Positions 52,368 to 63,765 of a stretch of DNA of 64,000 nt are shown piece by piece. The position numbers were made by a program, and so were the translations under genes. The stretch comes from an alpha proteobacterium SCGC AAA027-L15 (GTDB lineage Bacteria; Pseudomonadota; Alphaproteobacteria; Pelagibacterales; Pelagibacteraceae): the NCBI GenBank assembly GCA_000371865.1, contig AQUG01000002.1, positions 30,527 to 94,526 of the forward strand, given 5' to 3'. Under the pieces are notes generated by a model. The model did no database searches. It saw only the letters and a list, made by a program, of their open reading frames with translations, and was not told the DNA's origin. How positions within the stretch are numbered: position 1 is the stretch's first letter; each line of letters opens with the position of its first letter.

Positions 52368-54272
52368 ATGCTTTATTTAATATTATTTTTACCTTTACTT
52401 GGATCTTTCATTTCAGCTTTCTTTTATAAAAAGATTGGTGATCGAACTTGTCAGATTATAACTTCTGCATTTGTTGTAACTGGAGCTATTCTTTCTTCAA
52501 TTATTTTACTTGAAACTATCAAGACTGGAAAAGTTTATGAGTATCCAATTCTTAATTGGATTACATCTGGATCATTAAAACTACATTGGTCTATTTATGT
52601 AGATTCACTTACAGCAGTGATGCTTGTTGTTGTAAATTCGGTTTCAGCTTTAGTTCATATCTATTCAATTGGTTACATGAGTCACGATCCTCATAAACCA
52701 AGATTTATGTCTTACCTTTCTCTTTTTACATTTATGATGTTATCGCTGATTACCGCTAATAACTTTTTACAGTTATTCTTTGGTTGGGAAGGAGTAGGAC
52801 TTGCATCATATTTATTAATTGGTTTCTGGTTTAAAAAAGAATCTGCAAACAATGCATCGATGAAAGCCTTTATCGTAAATAGAGTAGGGGATCTTGGTTT
52901 ATTAATTGCAATGTTTTTAATTTTTAAAACTTTCGGGACTTTAACTTTTAGTGAAGTTTTCGCACAAGCAGCAGATCAGTCTAAAAATTCAATTAAGATT
53001 TTTGGTGGTGAATACAATTTAATTACAACGATTTGTGTATTCTTATTTATTGGTGCCATGGGTAAATCTGCTCAAATTCTTCTTCATACTTGGCTTCCCG
53101 ATGCCATGGAAGGACCTACACCAGTGTCAGCATTAATTCACGCAGCAACGATGGTTACAGCCGGTGTGTTCTTAGTTGCAAGATGTTCACCTCTATTTGA
53201 GTATTCTCAATACGCTTTAAACTTAGTGGCTTTTGTTGGAGCAACAACTGCAATTTTTGCAGCCTCAATTGCAATCGTTCAAACAGACATAAAGAGAATT
53301 ATTGCTTACTCTACTTGCAGTCAGCTTGGTTACATGTTTTTCGCTGCTGGAATGGGTGCTTATAATGTTGCTATATTTCACTTATTTACACATGCTTTTT
53401 TTAAAGCTCTTTTATTCTTAGGGGCTGGCTCAGTCATTCACGCATTTCATGATGAACAAAATATAGAAAAGATGGGTGGGGTTTGGAAAAAAATTCCTCT
53501 TACTTACGCTCTTATGTTAATTGGAACACTTGCTTTAACCGGCTTTCCATTACTTGCAGGATTTTATTCTAAAGATGCAATTATAGAATCCGCTTATTTT
53601 TCTAAAAGTTTGTTTGCAGGTTACGCATTTGTAATTGGTCTTACTACTGCATTTATCACTTCAATTTATTCTTGGAGATTAATTTTTAAAACTTTCCACG
53701 GCAAATATAACAATACAATGAGTTTTGAAAAAGTTCATGAGTCAGGACTTGTTATGCTTATTCCATTGTTCTTGCTTGCTGTTGGTGCAATATTTTCTGG
53801 CTATGTATTCCATGGAATATTTATAGGAGAGAATACGCAGTTCTGGGGTAAGGCAATATTTTTCTTAAAACAAACTGCACATGGTCATCCTCCACTGTGG
53901 TTACTAATCTTAATTCCAACATTAGTAATTTCAGCAATTCCTCTATCATTTATTTTATTCTTAAAGAGAAAAGATATCGTTGAGGGCTTTATTAACAACA
54001 ATAGACCATTTTATAATTTTTTAGTTAAGAAATGGTACTTCGATGAACTTTATAATTTAATATTTGTTAAAAGTTTTAGGGGCATTGGAATATTCTTATG
54101 GCAAAGAGGAGATGTTAAAACAATTGATGCCTATGGACCAGATGGAGTTGCAAAAGTTATAAAAAATTTATCTGATAGAGCAAGTAGCGTTCAGTCGGGT
54201 TACTTATATCATTACGCAACAGTAATTTTAATCGGCGTAATATTAATCGTATCTTTTTTAATTATTATCTAG
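52368..54272 (+). CDS. nuoL: NADH-quinone oxidoreductase subunit L
   Basis: GWEGVGL.SYLLIGFW, WLPDAMEGPTPVSALIHAATMV. Confidence 0.98.
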   Translation: MLYLILFLPLLGSFISAFFYKKIGDRTCQIITSAFVVTGAILSSIILLETIKTGKVYEYPILNWITSGSLKLHWSIYVDSLTAVMLVVVNSVSALVHIYSIGYMSHDPHKPRFMSYLSLFTFMMLSLITANNFLQLFFGWEGVGLASYLLIGFWFKKESANNASMKAFIVNRVGDLGLLIAMFLIFKTFGTLTFSEVFAQAADQSKNSIKIFGGEYNLITTICVFLFIGAMGKSAQILLHTWLPDAMEGPTPVSALIHAATMVTAGVFLVARCSPLFEYSQYALNLVAFVGATTAIFAASIAIVQTDIKRIIAYSTCSQLGYMFFAAGMGAYNVAIFHLFTHAFFKALLFLGAGSVIHAFHDEQNIEKMGGVWKKIPLTYALMLIGTLALTGFPLLAGFYSKDAIIESAYFSKSLFAGYAFVIGLTTAFITSIYSWRLIFKTFHGKYNNTMSFEKVHESGLVMLIPLFLLAVGAIFSGYVFHGIFIGENTQFWGKAIFFLKQTAHGHPPLWLLILIPTLVISAIPLSFILFLKRKDIVEGFINNNRPFYNFLVKKWYFDELYNLIFVKSFRGIGIFLWQRGDVKTIDAYGPDGVAKVIKNLSDRASSVQSGYLYHYATVILIGVILIVSFLIII

Positions 54273-54273
54273 C

Positions 54274-55752
54274 ATGAATTTTCCAATTTTATCTTTCTTA
54301 ACTTTTTTTCCATTAGTTGGCGTTATTTTTATTTTGTTAAGACGAGGTAGCGATGAAGTTGTTGAGCGTTCATCAAAGAATATTTCAATTTTGGTTTCCG
54401 TTATAAATTTTATCGTATCATTATTCTTATGGAGTAAATTTGATCCTACTATTGCAGGTTTTCAATTTGTTGAAGAAACACAATGGATTAAGAATTTTGT
54501 TTCATACAAAATGGGCGTTGATGGTATTTCAATATTCTTAGTTTTGCTTACAACTTTTATTTCCCCACTTTGTATTTTTGCATCCATCAATAGTTTAAAG
54601 AAAAGAATTAAAGAATTTTTAATTGCAATATTGATCATGCAGACTTTCATGATCGGTGTATTCTGTGCTTTAAACTTATTTTTATTCTTCTTATTCTTTG
54701 AAGGCGGACTTATTCCAATGTTTTTGATTATTGGCATTTGGGGTGGAGAAAGACGTGTTTATTCAGCTTTAAAGTTCTTTTTATATACGTTTTTAGGGTC
54801 AATTTTCATGCTGATTGCGATCATTGCCATTTATTGGAATATGAACACTTTAGATCTTGTTAAATTAATGGAATCTAAAGTTCCTGAAAATTTACAATAT
54901 TGGATGTGGTTAGGTTTCTTTATTTCTCTAGCAGTAAAACTTCCAATGTGGCCGTTCCATACATGGTTGCCAGATGCTCACGTTGAAGCACCTACACCAG
55001 GATCAGTAATTCTTGCTGCAATCTTACTTAAAATTTCAGGTTACGGATTTATTAGATTTTCACTTGGATTATTTCCAATCGCCTCACATTACTTTGCAAA
55101 CTTTGTATTTGTCTTAAGTGTTATTGCAATTATTTACGCATCCTTCGTAGCTCTAATGCAAACAGATATGAAAAAGCTAATTGCTTATTCCTCCGTAGCT
55201 CATATGGGTTATGTTACTATTGGAATTTTCTCATTTACTAAACAAGGATTAGATGGCGCAGTCTTTCAAATGATTAGTCATGGATTAATTTCTTCATCAC
55301 TATTCTTATGCGTTGGCGTTTTGTATGATCGTGTTCATAGCAGATTAATTCAAGACTATTCAGGTGTTGTAAATATTATGCCAAAATTTGCTTTAGTTTT
55401 TATATTCTCATCCCTTGCAAATGTGGGTCTACCAGGCACAAGTGGATTTGTGGGAGAGTTTTTAACTTTAATTGGAGCTTTTAAAGTAAATTATATTGTA
55501 TCCATACTTGCAGCAACAGGGGTTATATTATCTGCTGCTTATTCGTTGTGGTTATGTAAACGAGTTGTTTTTGGAGAATTTAAAGTTAACAATCACGGTG
55601 AAAAATTATTAGACTTAGATGCAACAGAAATAGTTGTTTTATTTATGCTAATGATTTTAACAATTTTATTTGGTGTTTATCCAAATTTAATTTTAGAACC
55701 AATTTCATCTTCAGTAGATTTAGTGGTTAAAAATATGGGAGCTATCAAATGA
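54274..55752 (+). CDS. nuoM: NADH-quinone oxidoreductase subunit M
   Basis: PFHTWLPDAHVEAPT, KKLIAYSSVAHMG, LPGTSGFVGEF. Confidence 0.98.
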   Translation: MNFPILSFLTFFPLVGVIFILLRRGSDEVVERSSKNISILVSVINFIVSLFLWSKFDPTIAGFQFVEETQWIKNFVSYKMGVDGISIFLVLLTTFISPLCIFASINSLKKRIKEFLIAILIMQTFMIGVFCALNLFLFFLFFEGGLIPMFLIIGIWGGERRVYSALKFFLYTFLGSIFMLIAIIAIYWNMNTLDLVKLMESKVPENLQYWMWLGFFISLAVKLPMWPFHTWLPDAHVEAPTPGSVILAAILLKISGYGFIRFSLGLFPIASHYFANFVFVLSVIAIIYASFVALMQTDMKKLIAYSSVAHMGYVTIGIFSFTKQGLDGAVFQMISHGLISSSLFLCVGVLYDRVHSRLIQDYSGVVNIMPKFALVFIFSSLANVGLPGTSGFVGEFLTLIGAFKVNYIVSILAATGVILSAAYSLWLCKRVVFGEFKVNNHGEKLLDLDATEIVVLFMLMILTILFGVYPNLILEPISSSVDLVVKNMGAIK

Positions 55753-57158
55753 AGAATATTATTCCAGAATTAGTTATATTATTAAGCTCGTTCTCTTTAT
55801 TAATCACAGGAGTTTTTTCTAAAACTTTTAATAAAATAATAAATTATATTGTTATTGTATTACTAGCTGCTTTAATTTTAGTGGTTTATTTAAATTTTGC
55901 AGGATCAGATACTTTATTTGGCAACAGTTACACCATTGATCCTTTATCAAACTTTATGAAAATATTAGTTTTGATTTCGGTTTTATTTACGATGTTAATT
56001 TCAAACACTTATCTTGAAAGATTAAAGATTGCTAAATTTGAGTATCCAATCATTCTATTATTATCGACCCTTGGAATGTTTGTAATGATCAGCGCCAATA
56101 ACTTAATTGTTTTCTATTTAGGACTAGAACTTCAATCATTATGTCTTTACGTCCTTGCAGCAATTAATACTAAGTCTCTTAAATCTTCAGAAGCAGGCTT
56201 AAAATACTTTGTTTTAGGCTCCTTATCTTCGGGTCTTTTATTATATGGGTGCTCTTTAGTTTACGGATTTACAGGTTCAGTTGATTATTCAGAGATTGCA
56301 AAAGTTGCAATGGAACAAAGTGGTGCATTAAAATTTGGACTAGTTTTTATTCTTTGTGGAATAGCATTTAAAATATCAGCAGTACCATTCCATATGTGGG
56401 CTCCTGATGTTTATGAAGGGTCACCTACATCCGTTACAACATTCTTTGCTATGGCACCAAAAGTTGCAGCCATTGCAGCTTTGATAAAATTTTTAAATGT
56501 TCCTTATGCAAACTTTATTAATGAATGGAGAACAATCGTTATAGTTCTTTCTATTGCTTCAATGTTCCTAGGAGCTGTTGCTGCAATTGGACAAAGTAAT
56601 TTAAAACGACTGATGGCTTATAGTTCAATTGGTCATGTTGGTTTTATTCTTGCTGGACTTGCCATCGCAACGCCCCAGTCATTAAGCGCAGTTTTGGTTT
56701 ATATCGTGATCTATGTGTTTATGAATATTGGCGTATTTGCCTGCATAATGTCTTTAAATAGAAATGGAGTTTATTTTGAAAATATTTCTGATCTATCAGG
56801 ACTTTCAAAACATCATCCGCTGATTGCAATTTGTTTAACAATATTAACATTCTCTTTAGCGGGCATCCCTCCGCTTGCAGGATTTTTTGCAAAATTTTAT
56901 ATTTTCTTAGCGATTATACAGCAAAAAATTTACTATCTAGCAGTTGTTGGATTGTTATCCGCTGTGATTGCTGCATTCTATTATCTTAGAATTATAAAAG
57001 TTATTTACTTTGATCCAGCTAAAGAAAGTTACGATAAAAATACTAGTTATGGTTTACAATTTTCACTAATCGTTTCAACGGTTGTCGTTTTATTTTATTT
57101 CATCGACCCATCCACACTTAATACGATTGTAGAAAGTATTACGAAAAATATAAAATAA
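55749..57158 (+). CDS. nuoN: NADH-quinone oxidoreductase subunit N
   Basis: EAGLKYFVLG, PFHMWAPDVYEGSP, SLAGIPPLAGF. Confidence 0.98.
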   Translation: MKNIIPELVILLSSFSLLITGVFSKTFNKIINYIVIVLLAALILVVYLNFAGSDTLFGNSYTIDPLSNFMKILVLISVLFTMLISNTYLERLKIAKFEYPIILLLSTLGMFVMISANNLIVFYLGLELQSLCLYVLAAINTKSLKSSEAGLKYFVLGSLSSGLLLYGCSLVYGFTGSVDYSEIAKVAMEQSGALKFGLVFILCGIAFKISAVPFHMWAPDVYEGSPTSVTTFFAMAPKVAAIAALIKFLNVPYANFINEWRTIVIVLSIASMFLGAVAAIGQSNLKRLMAYSSIGHVGFILAGLAIATPQSLSAVLVYIVIYVFMNIGVFACIMSLNRNGVYFENISDLSGLSKHHPLIAICLTILTFSLAGIPPLAGFFAKFYIFLAIIQQKIYYLAVVGLLSAVIAAFYYLRIIKVIYFDPAKESYDKNTSYGLQFSLIVSTVVVLFYFIDPSTLNTIVESITKNIK

Positions 57159-57857
57159 ATGAGTCTGCCTATTTTTAATTTTACAAAAATAGAGAGTACT
57201 AATGATTTTGCTAGATCTTTAATTACTGAGCATAAAATTTTTAAAGGAATTGTTATTGCTGATGAACAAACAAAAGGTCGTGGCAGATATGGAAATAAAT
57301 GGAGTTCTCCAAAAGGTAATTTATATTTTACTATTTTCTTTCCAATTTTAAGATCTAATCTAAAAAAAATTCAGTTTCTTGTTCAACTACAAATTAGAAA
57401 TATCTTGAAAAATTATATTATTAAAAATGTAAGCTTAAAGTGGCCCAATGATCTTTATATTAATAATAAAAAGGTTTGTGGAATTTTGCAGGAAAGCATT
57501 GTTTTTGGGAAGTTTTTTTTAATTATTGGTATTGGCATTAATGTAAAGTCTTCTCCAAAGATTAAAAAATATCCAACTACCTATTTAAATAAGGAATCAA
57601 AGAAAAAAATTAATTTAAATGAACTAGTGGAAAAACTTAAAAAAGCTTTTGTAAGCAATATTATTGATAAAAAATATTCATTAAAGAAGATCACGAAAGA
57701 TTGGAATAAATATGCTTTTAATAAAAATAAGTTTATAAATTTCAAAATAAAAAATAAGATTTATAAGGGTATTTTTAAAGGTATTAATAACAACGGTGCT
57801 TTGATTTTAGAGCACAATAATCACAAAGATTATTTTATGAATGGTAGTTTAGTTTGA
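57159..57857 (+). CDS. birA: Biotin--protein ligase (no HTH domain)
   Basis: STN, QTKGRGR....W.SPKGNLY, KWPND, KKVCGIL, GIGIN. Confidence 0.95.
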   Translation: MSLPIFNFTKIESTNDFARSLITEHKIFKGIVIADEQTKGRGRYGNKWSSPKGNLYFTIFFPILRSNLKKIQFLVQLQIRNILKNYIIKNVSLKWPNDLYINNKKVCGILQESIVFGKFFLIIGIGINVKSSPKIKKYPTTYLNKESKKKINLNELVEKLKKAFVSNIIDKKYSLKKITKDWNKYAFNKNKFINFKIKNKIYKGIFKGINNNGALILEHNNHKDYFMNGSLV

Positions 57858-58616
57858 ATTATTTAATCATCGACATCGGCAATACCAATATTGATTTTGT
57901 TAATTTTAACAAGTTAACGAATAAGTATTCTAACAAGTTTACAGTGGATACCCCTGATATCTTAAAGAGTCGACTAGGCATTGTTAATAAAAAAATTAAA
58001 AAAAATTTCTATAAAGGTGCACTTTGTTCTAGCGTTGTACCAAATGCATTTAATAAATTAAAAAAAATATTAAAGACTAAAAATATTCATCTTAACGAAA
58101 TTAAAGATCGAAATCTTGATCTGCCTATTAAGCTTAAGCTAAGCAAACCTAAACAAGTAGGATCAGATAGAGTTGTAAATGCTATTGCTGCATTTAAGAT
58201 TTATAAAAAAAATTCAATTATTATTGATTTTGGAACAGCAACAACTTTTGATGTTATCGTAAAAAATACTTATATTGGCGGAATGATTACACCTGGAATA
58301 AATTTGTCATTAAAGGTTCTAAAAGAAGCAACGGCCAAGCTTCCTTTAATTAAATTAAAGAAAACTAACAAATACATAGGAAAAGATACCGTAAGCGCAA
58401 TGAATAACGGTATGTATTGGGGCTATATTGGTTTAATTAAGGAACTTGTGCAAAAAATTATTAAAGAAACAAAAAAAAAAGTATCTGGTTATTTTTACGG
58501 GTGGACTTGCAAATATTTTCTTTTCTTCATTCCCATTTAAAGACAAAGTTATTGATCAGCAAATAACTTTAAAAGGAATAGCTGAAACTTTAAAATTTAA
58601 TTTAAAAAATATTTAA
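57854..58616 (+). CDS. coaX: Type III pantothenate kinase, interrupted by a frameshift in an A10 run
   Basis: IDIGNT, GSDR, IDFGTATT; the C-terminal VIFTGGLA...ITLKG lies in the +1 frame after A10 at 58471-58480 and ends in TAA overlapping the rnj ATG. Confidence 0.9.
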
Positions 58617-60286
58617 TGGCTAAAGGCGGACAGGAATTAGTTTATTGCTCTCTAGGTGGAGCAGGTGAGATTGGAATGAATTTGAATTTATTTGGCTATG
58701 GTAAGCCAGGTGAACACAAATGGATTGTCGTTGATATTGGTGTTACTTTTTCTGATGATAATATTCCAGGTATTGAAGTCATTCTGCCAAATCCAGAATT
58801 TATTGCAAATCAGAAAGAAAATTTACTTGGAATTGTTTTGACCCATGCACACGAAGATCATGTTGGAGCAATTGCGCATCTATGGCCTATGTTAGAATGC
58901 CCAATTTATGCAACTCCATTTACAGCAGCAATTGTTAGAGAAAAATTTAAAGAATTAAAAATTAATATCGGCAGTCATTTAAAAATTGTTAAATTAGGTG
59001 GCAACGTAAAATTAGGTGCATTTGATATTGATTATGTAACACTTACTCATTCTATTTTAGAGCCAAACGGACTTGCAATCACAACGCCTGAAGGTGTTGT
59101 TCTGCATACGGCAGATTGGAAAATTGATGATGATCCATTAATTGGTGAAAAAACCGACGTTAAGAAATTAACAGAGCTTGGAAAAAAAGGTGTACTCGCA
59201 ATGGTTTGCGACTCCACTAACATTTTTAATCTTGGATCATCAGGCTCAGAAAGCTTAGTAAGATCAGGACTTTTAACTGTTTTAGAGAAGATGAAAAATC
59301 GGATTGTTATCACATCCTTTGCATCGAACGTTGCAAGAATGGAAACGGTTTTTAAAGTTGCAGAAAAAATTGGCAGACAAGTTTGTTTAGTTGGTCGATC
59401 AATGAATAGAATTTATCAATTAGCGAGACAGTGCAATTATTTACAAGACATTAAAGTTCCAATTGATGTTAGAGATGCAAAAAAGATACCAAAGAATAAA
59501 ATGGTATTTCTTTGCACAGGTTCTCAGGGTGAACAAAGAGCAGCATTAGCAAGAATTGCAAATGGCACTCATCCAGATCTTCACCTTGAAAAAGACGATA
59601 ATGTTATTTTTTCATCACGAATTATCCCTGGAAATGAAAAAAGATTATACAAAATTTTTAATGACTTTTCCAAAAGTGAAATCAATGTTTTATCTGAAGA
59701 AAATTCTATGATCCATGTCTCTGGACATCCAGCACGTGAAGATCTTAAAAAAATGTATTCTTGGGTTAAGCCAAAAATAGTAATCCCTGTTCACGGTGAA
59801 CAAAGACATATGGCCGAGCATATAAATTTTGCAAAAGAAATGGGCGTTAAGTTTCCAGTTAAAGTAAGCAATGGTGAGATTATAAGACTTGCGCCGGGTG
59901 AGCCTCAAGTAGTTGATAAAGTGACATGGGGGAGAGTTTACTTAGATGGTAAAGTTTTAATTGATAATGACTCTCATGTTTTAAAAGAGAGAAGAAATAT
60001 GGCAGCCAATGGATATATGGAGATTACAGTTTTAATTTCAAAGAACGGTCAGATAAAAAATAATCCAATCATTACTTTAAAAGGAATTCCTTTAATTGAA
60101 GAAGATGAAAGTGAAATTGAATATGATTTAGAAGATGTAGTAATGGATACTTGTAAAAATTTTAACTTAAATAATTCAAAACAAGAAAAAAATTTAATCG
60201 ACACTTTAAAAGGTAATTGTAGAAAATTAATCAACGATAAATCTGGAAAAAAACCTTTAGTAAATATTAATTTAGTTAGGTTTTAG
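58616..60286 (+). CDS. rnj: Ribonuclease J
   Basis: LGG.GEIGMN, LTHAHEDHVGA, CTGSQGE, HVSGH, PVHGE.RH. Confidence 0.96.
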   Translation: MAKGGQELVYCSLGGAGEIGMNLNLFGYGKPGEHKWIVVDIGVTFSDDNIPGIEVILPNPEFIANQKENLLGIVLTHAHEDHVGAIAHLWPMLECPIYATPFTAAIVREKFKELKINIGSHLKIVKLGGNVKLGAFDIDYVTLTHSILEPNGLAITTPEGVVLHTADWKIDDDPLIGEKTDVKKLTELGKKGVLAMVCDSTNIFNLGSSGSESLVRSGLLTVLEKMKNRIVITSFASNVARMETVFKVAEKIGRQVCLVGRSMNRIYQLARQCNYLQDIKVPIDVRDAKKIPKNKMVFLCTGSQGEQRAALARIANGTHPDLHLEKDDNVIFSSRIIPGNEKRLYKIFNDFSKSEINVLSEENSMIHVSGHPAREDLKKMYSWVKPKIVIPVHGEQRHMAEHINFAKEMGVKFPVKVSNGEIIRLAPGEPQVVDKVTWGRVYLDGKVLIDNDSHVLKERRNMAANGYMEITVLISKNGQIKNNPIITLKGIPLIEEDESEIEYDLEDVVMDTCKNFNLNNSKQEKNLIDTLKGNCRKLINDKSGKKPLVNINLVRF

Positions 60287-60289
60287 TTT

Positions 60290-60541
60290 ATGTCGATTAC
60301 AGGTGGCATTATCATTTATGTAAATCTGTGGATGATCATATTTTTTATGGTCTTACCTTTTGGAATTACCAACCAAATTGATTCTCCTGATTATCAAAAA
60401 GGCACAGATCCTGGAGCTCCAGTTGAATCTAGAATGAAAAAAAAGATTTTAATAACCACAGTTATAGCAACAGTTATTTTTTCTTTAATATTAGTCGTAG
60501 ACCAATTAGATTTGTTTAATATTAGAAAAATATTATTTTAA
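60290..60541 (+). CDS. DUF1467 family membrane protein
   Basis: W.I.FF.VLPFG...GTDPGAP; conserved position between rnj and proS. Confidence 0.85.
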   Translation: MSITGGIIIYVNLWMIIFFMVLPFGITNQIDSPDYQKGTDPGAPVESRMKKKILITTVIATVIFSLILVVDQLDLFNIRKILF

Positions 60542-61863
60542 TGCTGATTTCAAAGTTATTTTTCCCCGTTCTCAGAGAAGTCTCAGCTGATGCTAAGTTA
60601 AAATCTCACCAAATAATGCTAAAAGCTGGAATGATCAGACAGAGTGCTGCCGGCATTTATTCGTGGCTGCCTTTAGGTTTAAAAGTTTTAAAGAAAATTG
60701 AGCAGGTTGTTAGAGAAGAACAGAACAATGTTGGCGCTCAAGAAATGCTAATGCCAACCATTCAGTCAGCAGATATTTGGAAAGAAAGCGGCAGATACAA
60801 TGATTATGGACAAGAAATGCTTAGAATTAAAGACCGTGGTGATAGAGAACTGTTATACGGACCAACGAATGAAGAGCTAGTTACTGAAATTTTTAGAGAT
60901 AACGTTAAATCTTATAAATCATTACCATTAATTCTTTATCATATTCAGTGGAAGTTTAGAGATGAGATTAGACCAAGATTTGGAGTGATGCGTTGCAGAG
61001 AATTTTTAATGAAAGATTCTTATTCTTTTGATCTTACGAAAGAAGATGCAATCAAATCTTATAATAAAATGTTTTATGCATACCTTAGAACATTTACTAG
61101 ATTAGAATTAAAAGCATTACCTCTTCGAGCAAGCTCAGGACCAATTGGTGGAGATGCATCTCATGAATTTATTATCTTAGCAGACACAGGCGAGAGCCAA
61201 GTTTATCTTGATAAATCATTACTTGATATTGATGTTAATAGCTTTGATAGTTCTGAAGCTTCAATCAATAAAATGATTTCAGCGTTTTCAACTCCGTATA
61301 GCGCAACAGATGAAAAGCATTCCGAAAAAGAATTTAATGAAAAAGTTACAAAAGAAAAACAGTTAGCAACTAAGGGGATTGAAGTAGGTCACATTTTTTA
61401 TTTTGGAAATAAATATTCACAACCCATGAAAGCAAATGTTCTAAATAAAGAAGGAAAGAATGTTAATGTTGAGATGGGATCTTACGGAATTGGAGTATCA
61501 AGACTTGTTGCTGCAGTAATTGAAGCAAAATGTATTGAAGGTGTAATGAAGTGGCCATTTGTAATATCTCCATTTGATATCGTAATTATTCCACTGAACA
61601 ACAAATCAGATACCACTCCGTTAGATAAGGCTCGTAAAATTTATGAAACTTTAAAGAGTAACTCTATTGACGCTATTTTAGATGACACTTTAGAAAGTCC
61701 ATCAAGTAAATTCAAAAACTTTGATTTAATGGGAGTTCCCTATCAAATAATAATCGGGTTAAAAAGTAATGATGATAAATTAGAATTCAAAGAATTAAAT
61801 GCAAAAACAGAAATGTTAACAATTGAAGAAATAATTAAAAAAATAAAAAAATTAAAAGGTTAA
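60541..61863 (+). CDS. proS: Proline--tRNA ligase (short alphaproteobacterial type)
   Basis: GPTNEE, KFRDEIRPRFGVMR.REF.MKD.YSF, GIEVGHIF, MGSYGIGVSR. Confidence 0.98.
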   Translation: MLISKLFFPVLREVSADAKLKSHQIMLKAGMIRQSAAGIYSWLPLGLKVLKKIEQVVREEQNNVGAQEMLMPTIQSADIWKESGRYNDYGQEMLRIKDRGDRELLYGPTNEELVTEIFRDNVKSYKSLPLILYHIQWKFRDEIRPRFGVMRCREFLMKDSYSFDLTKEDAIKSYNKMFYAYLRTFTRLELKALPLRASSGPIGGDASHEFIILADTGESQVYLDKSLLDIDVNSFDSSEASINKMISAFSTPYSATDEKHSEKEFNEKVTKEKQLATKGIEVGHIFYFGNKYSQPMKANVLNKEGKNVNVEMGSYGIGVSRLVAAVIEAKCIEGVMKWPFVISPFDIVIIPLNNKSDTTPLDKARKIYETLKSNSIDAILDDTLESPSSKFKNFDLMGVPYQIIIGLKSNDDKLEFKELNAKTEMLTIEEIIKKIKKLKG

Positions 61864-61864
61864 A

Positions 61865-63088
61865 TTGATTTCCGCTGCTGAGTTATTAATAATAAAAAAT
61901 TATATTCGATCTAAAAAAAAAGATAGTTTTTTAAAAATTATCTCAATTTTTTCTTTTCTTGGAATATCTATAGGTGTTGCAACCCTTATTATTGTTATGT
62001 CAGCAATGAACGGGTTTCGAGCAGAATTATTTGATAAACTTTTAAAGTTTAATCCCCATATTATTGTTCATTCCGTCGGTAATGATGAGTTGAGTATTCC
62101 AAAACTAACTCAGTTTTTTAATGATAGAAATATTGAAGTTAAGAGCATTAGAAAAGTTATTAAAGCTCAAGGATTATTGGTTTCAGAAAGAACTAATTCT
62201 GGAATTGGAATAATTGGAATTAATAAAGACGATTTAGCTAAAGACGAATTTATTAAAGAGCTCTCTGGCTATGGGAAGGGCTCAGTTATTATAGGCAATG
62301 CATTAGCAGATAAGCTTGGGATTTCAAAAAATAATACGATTAATGTGCTTTCAGCAAATAATGTTTCAACTCCTTTTGGAAAACTACCACAACAATTTAC
62401 ATTTAAAGTAGCCTCTACTTTCTCAAGTGGAGTATCAGAGTTAGATTATAACTATGTTTTTATTCCTTATAACGATGCATTAGAGTTTATTAAAAATAAT
62501 AAAAATCTTATCTCAGTTGATGTTAAAATTAAGGACGTTAATAAAGTTGACCTTTATAAAAAAGAACTACAGAAAAATTTTCAAAATTATTACTTCACGA
62601 CTTGGATAGATAATAATCAAACATTTTTTGATGCATTGTTAGTTGAGCGTAATGTGATGTTTATTATTTTAACTCTTATCATCATTGTTGCAGCCTTTAA
62701 CATTGTAACAGGCATGACAATCTTGGTTAAAAACAAAACTAAAGAAATTGCAATTTTCAACACACTTGGAATGTCTAAGTTTTCAATTTCAAAGATCTTT
62801 TTTATTATGGGATCTTTTATTGGAATTGCTGGGACTATATTTGGAGTAATTCTAGGCGTGGTCTTTGCTCACAACATTGAAGCCATAAGGCAGTTTGTAA
62901 GCTTTGTTTTTCAAGTAAGAGTTTTTCCTCCTGAAATTTATTTTTTAAGTAAGATGCCATCATTAATAGATTATAAATCTGTTTTAATTATTTCATTCTT
63001 CTCAGTTCTGATCACTTTCTTTGCAAGTTTATATCCTGCAATTACAGCATCAAAACTTAATCCAATCAAAGGATTAAAATATGACTGA
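61865..63088 (+). CDS. lolC: Lipoprotein-releasing ABC permease LolC/E
   Basis: GISIGVATLIIVMS.MNGF, VAAFNI, EIAI..TLG, YPA..A. Confidence 0.92.
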   Translation: MISAAELLIIKNYIRSKKKDSFLKIISIFSFLGISIGVATLIIVMSAMNGFRAELFDKLLKFNPHIIVHSVGNDELSIPKLTQFFNDRNIEVKSIRKVIKAQGLLVSERTNSGIGIIGINKDDLAKDEFIKELSGYGKGSVIIGNALADKLGISKNNTINVLSANNVSTPFGKLPQQFTFKVASTFSSGVSELDYNYVFIPYNDALEFIKNNKNLISVDVKIKDVNKVDLYKKELQKNFQNYYFTTWIDNNQTFFDALLVERNVMFIILTLIIIVAAFNIVTGMTILVKNKTKEIAIFNTLGMSKFSISKIFFIMGSFIGIAGTIFGVILGVVFAHNIEAIRQFVSFVFQVRVFPPEIYFLSKMPSLIDYKSVLIISFFSVLITFFASLYPAITASKLNPIKGLKYD

Positions 63089-63761
63089 TAATTTTTTAAA
63101 GTTAAAAAATATTCAAAAGAAATACATTGATGCCAGTAAAAATATTCAGGTTTTAAAAGGTGTTAATTTATCTTTGAGTAAAAATAATATTGTCTCATTA
63201 ATCGGCCCTTCTGGTTCTGGAAAATCTACACTATTACATATTTTAGGATTACTTGAGACTGTTGATCAAGGTGAGTATTTTTTTAATGATGTTAATTTAA
63301 TTAATTTAAAAGATGATGAAAAAACAATTTATAGAAGAAAAAGCATTTCAATAGTTTATCAATTCAATAATTTAATTTCTGATCTTCGAGCCATTGATAA
63401 CGTTATTCTTCCTTTACTAATTAATAATTTAGATAAGAATGAATCTTTTAAAAAAGCAGAAAGTTTACTTGCAAAACTTGGGTTAAAAGAAAGATTAAAT
63501 CATTACCCACATGAATTATCAGGTGGAGAGCAACAACGTGTTGCAATTGCTAGAGCCTTAATAAATGAGCCTGAACTTATATTAGCAGATGAACCAACCG
63601 GTAATTTGGATAGCAAAACTGCAAACGAAGTCTTTGAAATACTTTTAAGTTTAAAATCAAAAGAAAGATTAATTGTTTTTGCAACTCATAATAGAGAATT
63701 ATCAGATAAAGCAGATATTCAGTTAGCTATTCAAGATTCTAATGTTAGAATTTTGAAATAG
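63081..63761 (+). CDS. lolD: Lipoprotein-releasing ABC ATPase LolD
   Basis: [35 protein letters not shown]. Confidence 0.93.
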   Translation: MTDNFLKLKNIQKKYIDASKNIQVLKGVNLSLSKNNIVSLIGPSGSGKSTLLHILGLLETVDQGEYFFNDVNLINLKDDEKTIYRRKSISIVYQFNNLISDLRAIDNVILPLLINNLDKNESFKKAESLLAKLGLKERLNHYPHELSGGEQQRVAIARALINEPELILADEPTGNLDSKTANEVFEILLSLKSKERLIVFATHNRELSDKADIQLAIQDSNVRILK

Positions 63762-63765
63762 AAAA

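Noticed and set aside
3028-60234. About 25 short ORFs in the track that are antisense to or nested in long genes (e.g. 3028-3225, 10647-10865, 16813-17046, 35300-35665, 47254-47535, 59047-59313)
   Set aside because: All lie inside well-supported conserved genes and show no motifs; typical shadow ORFs.
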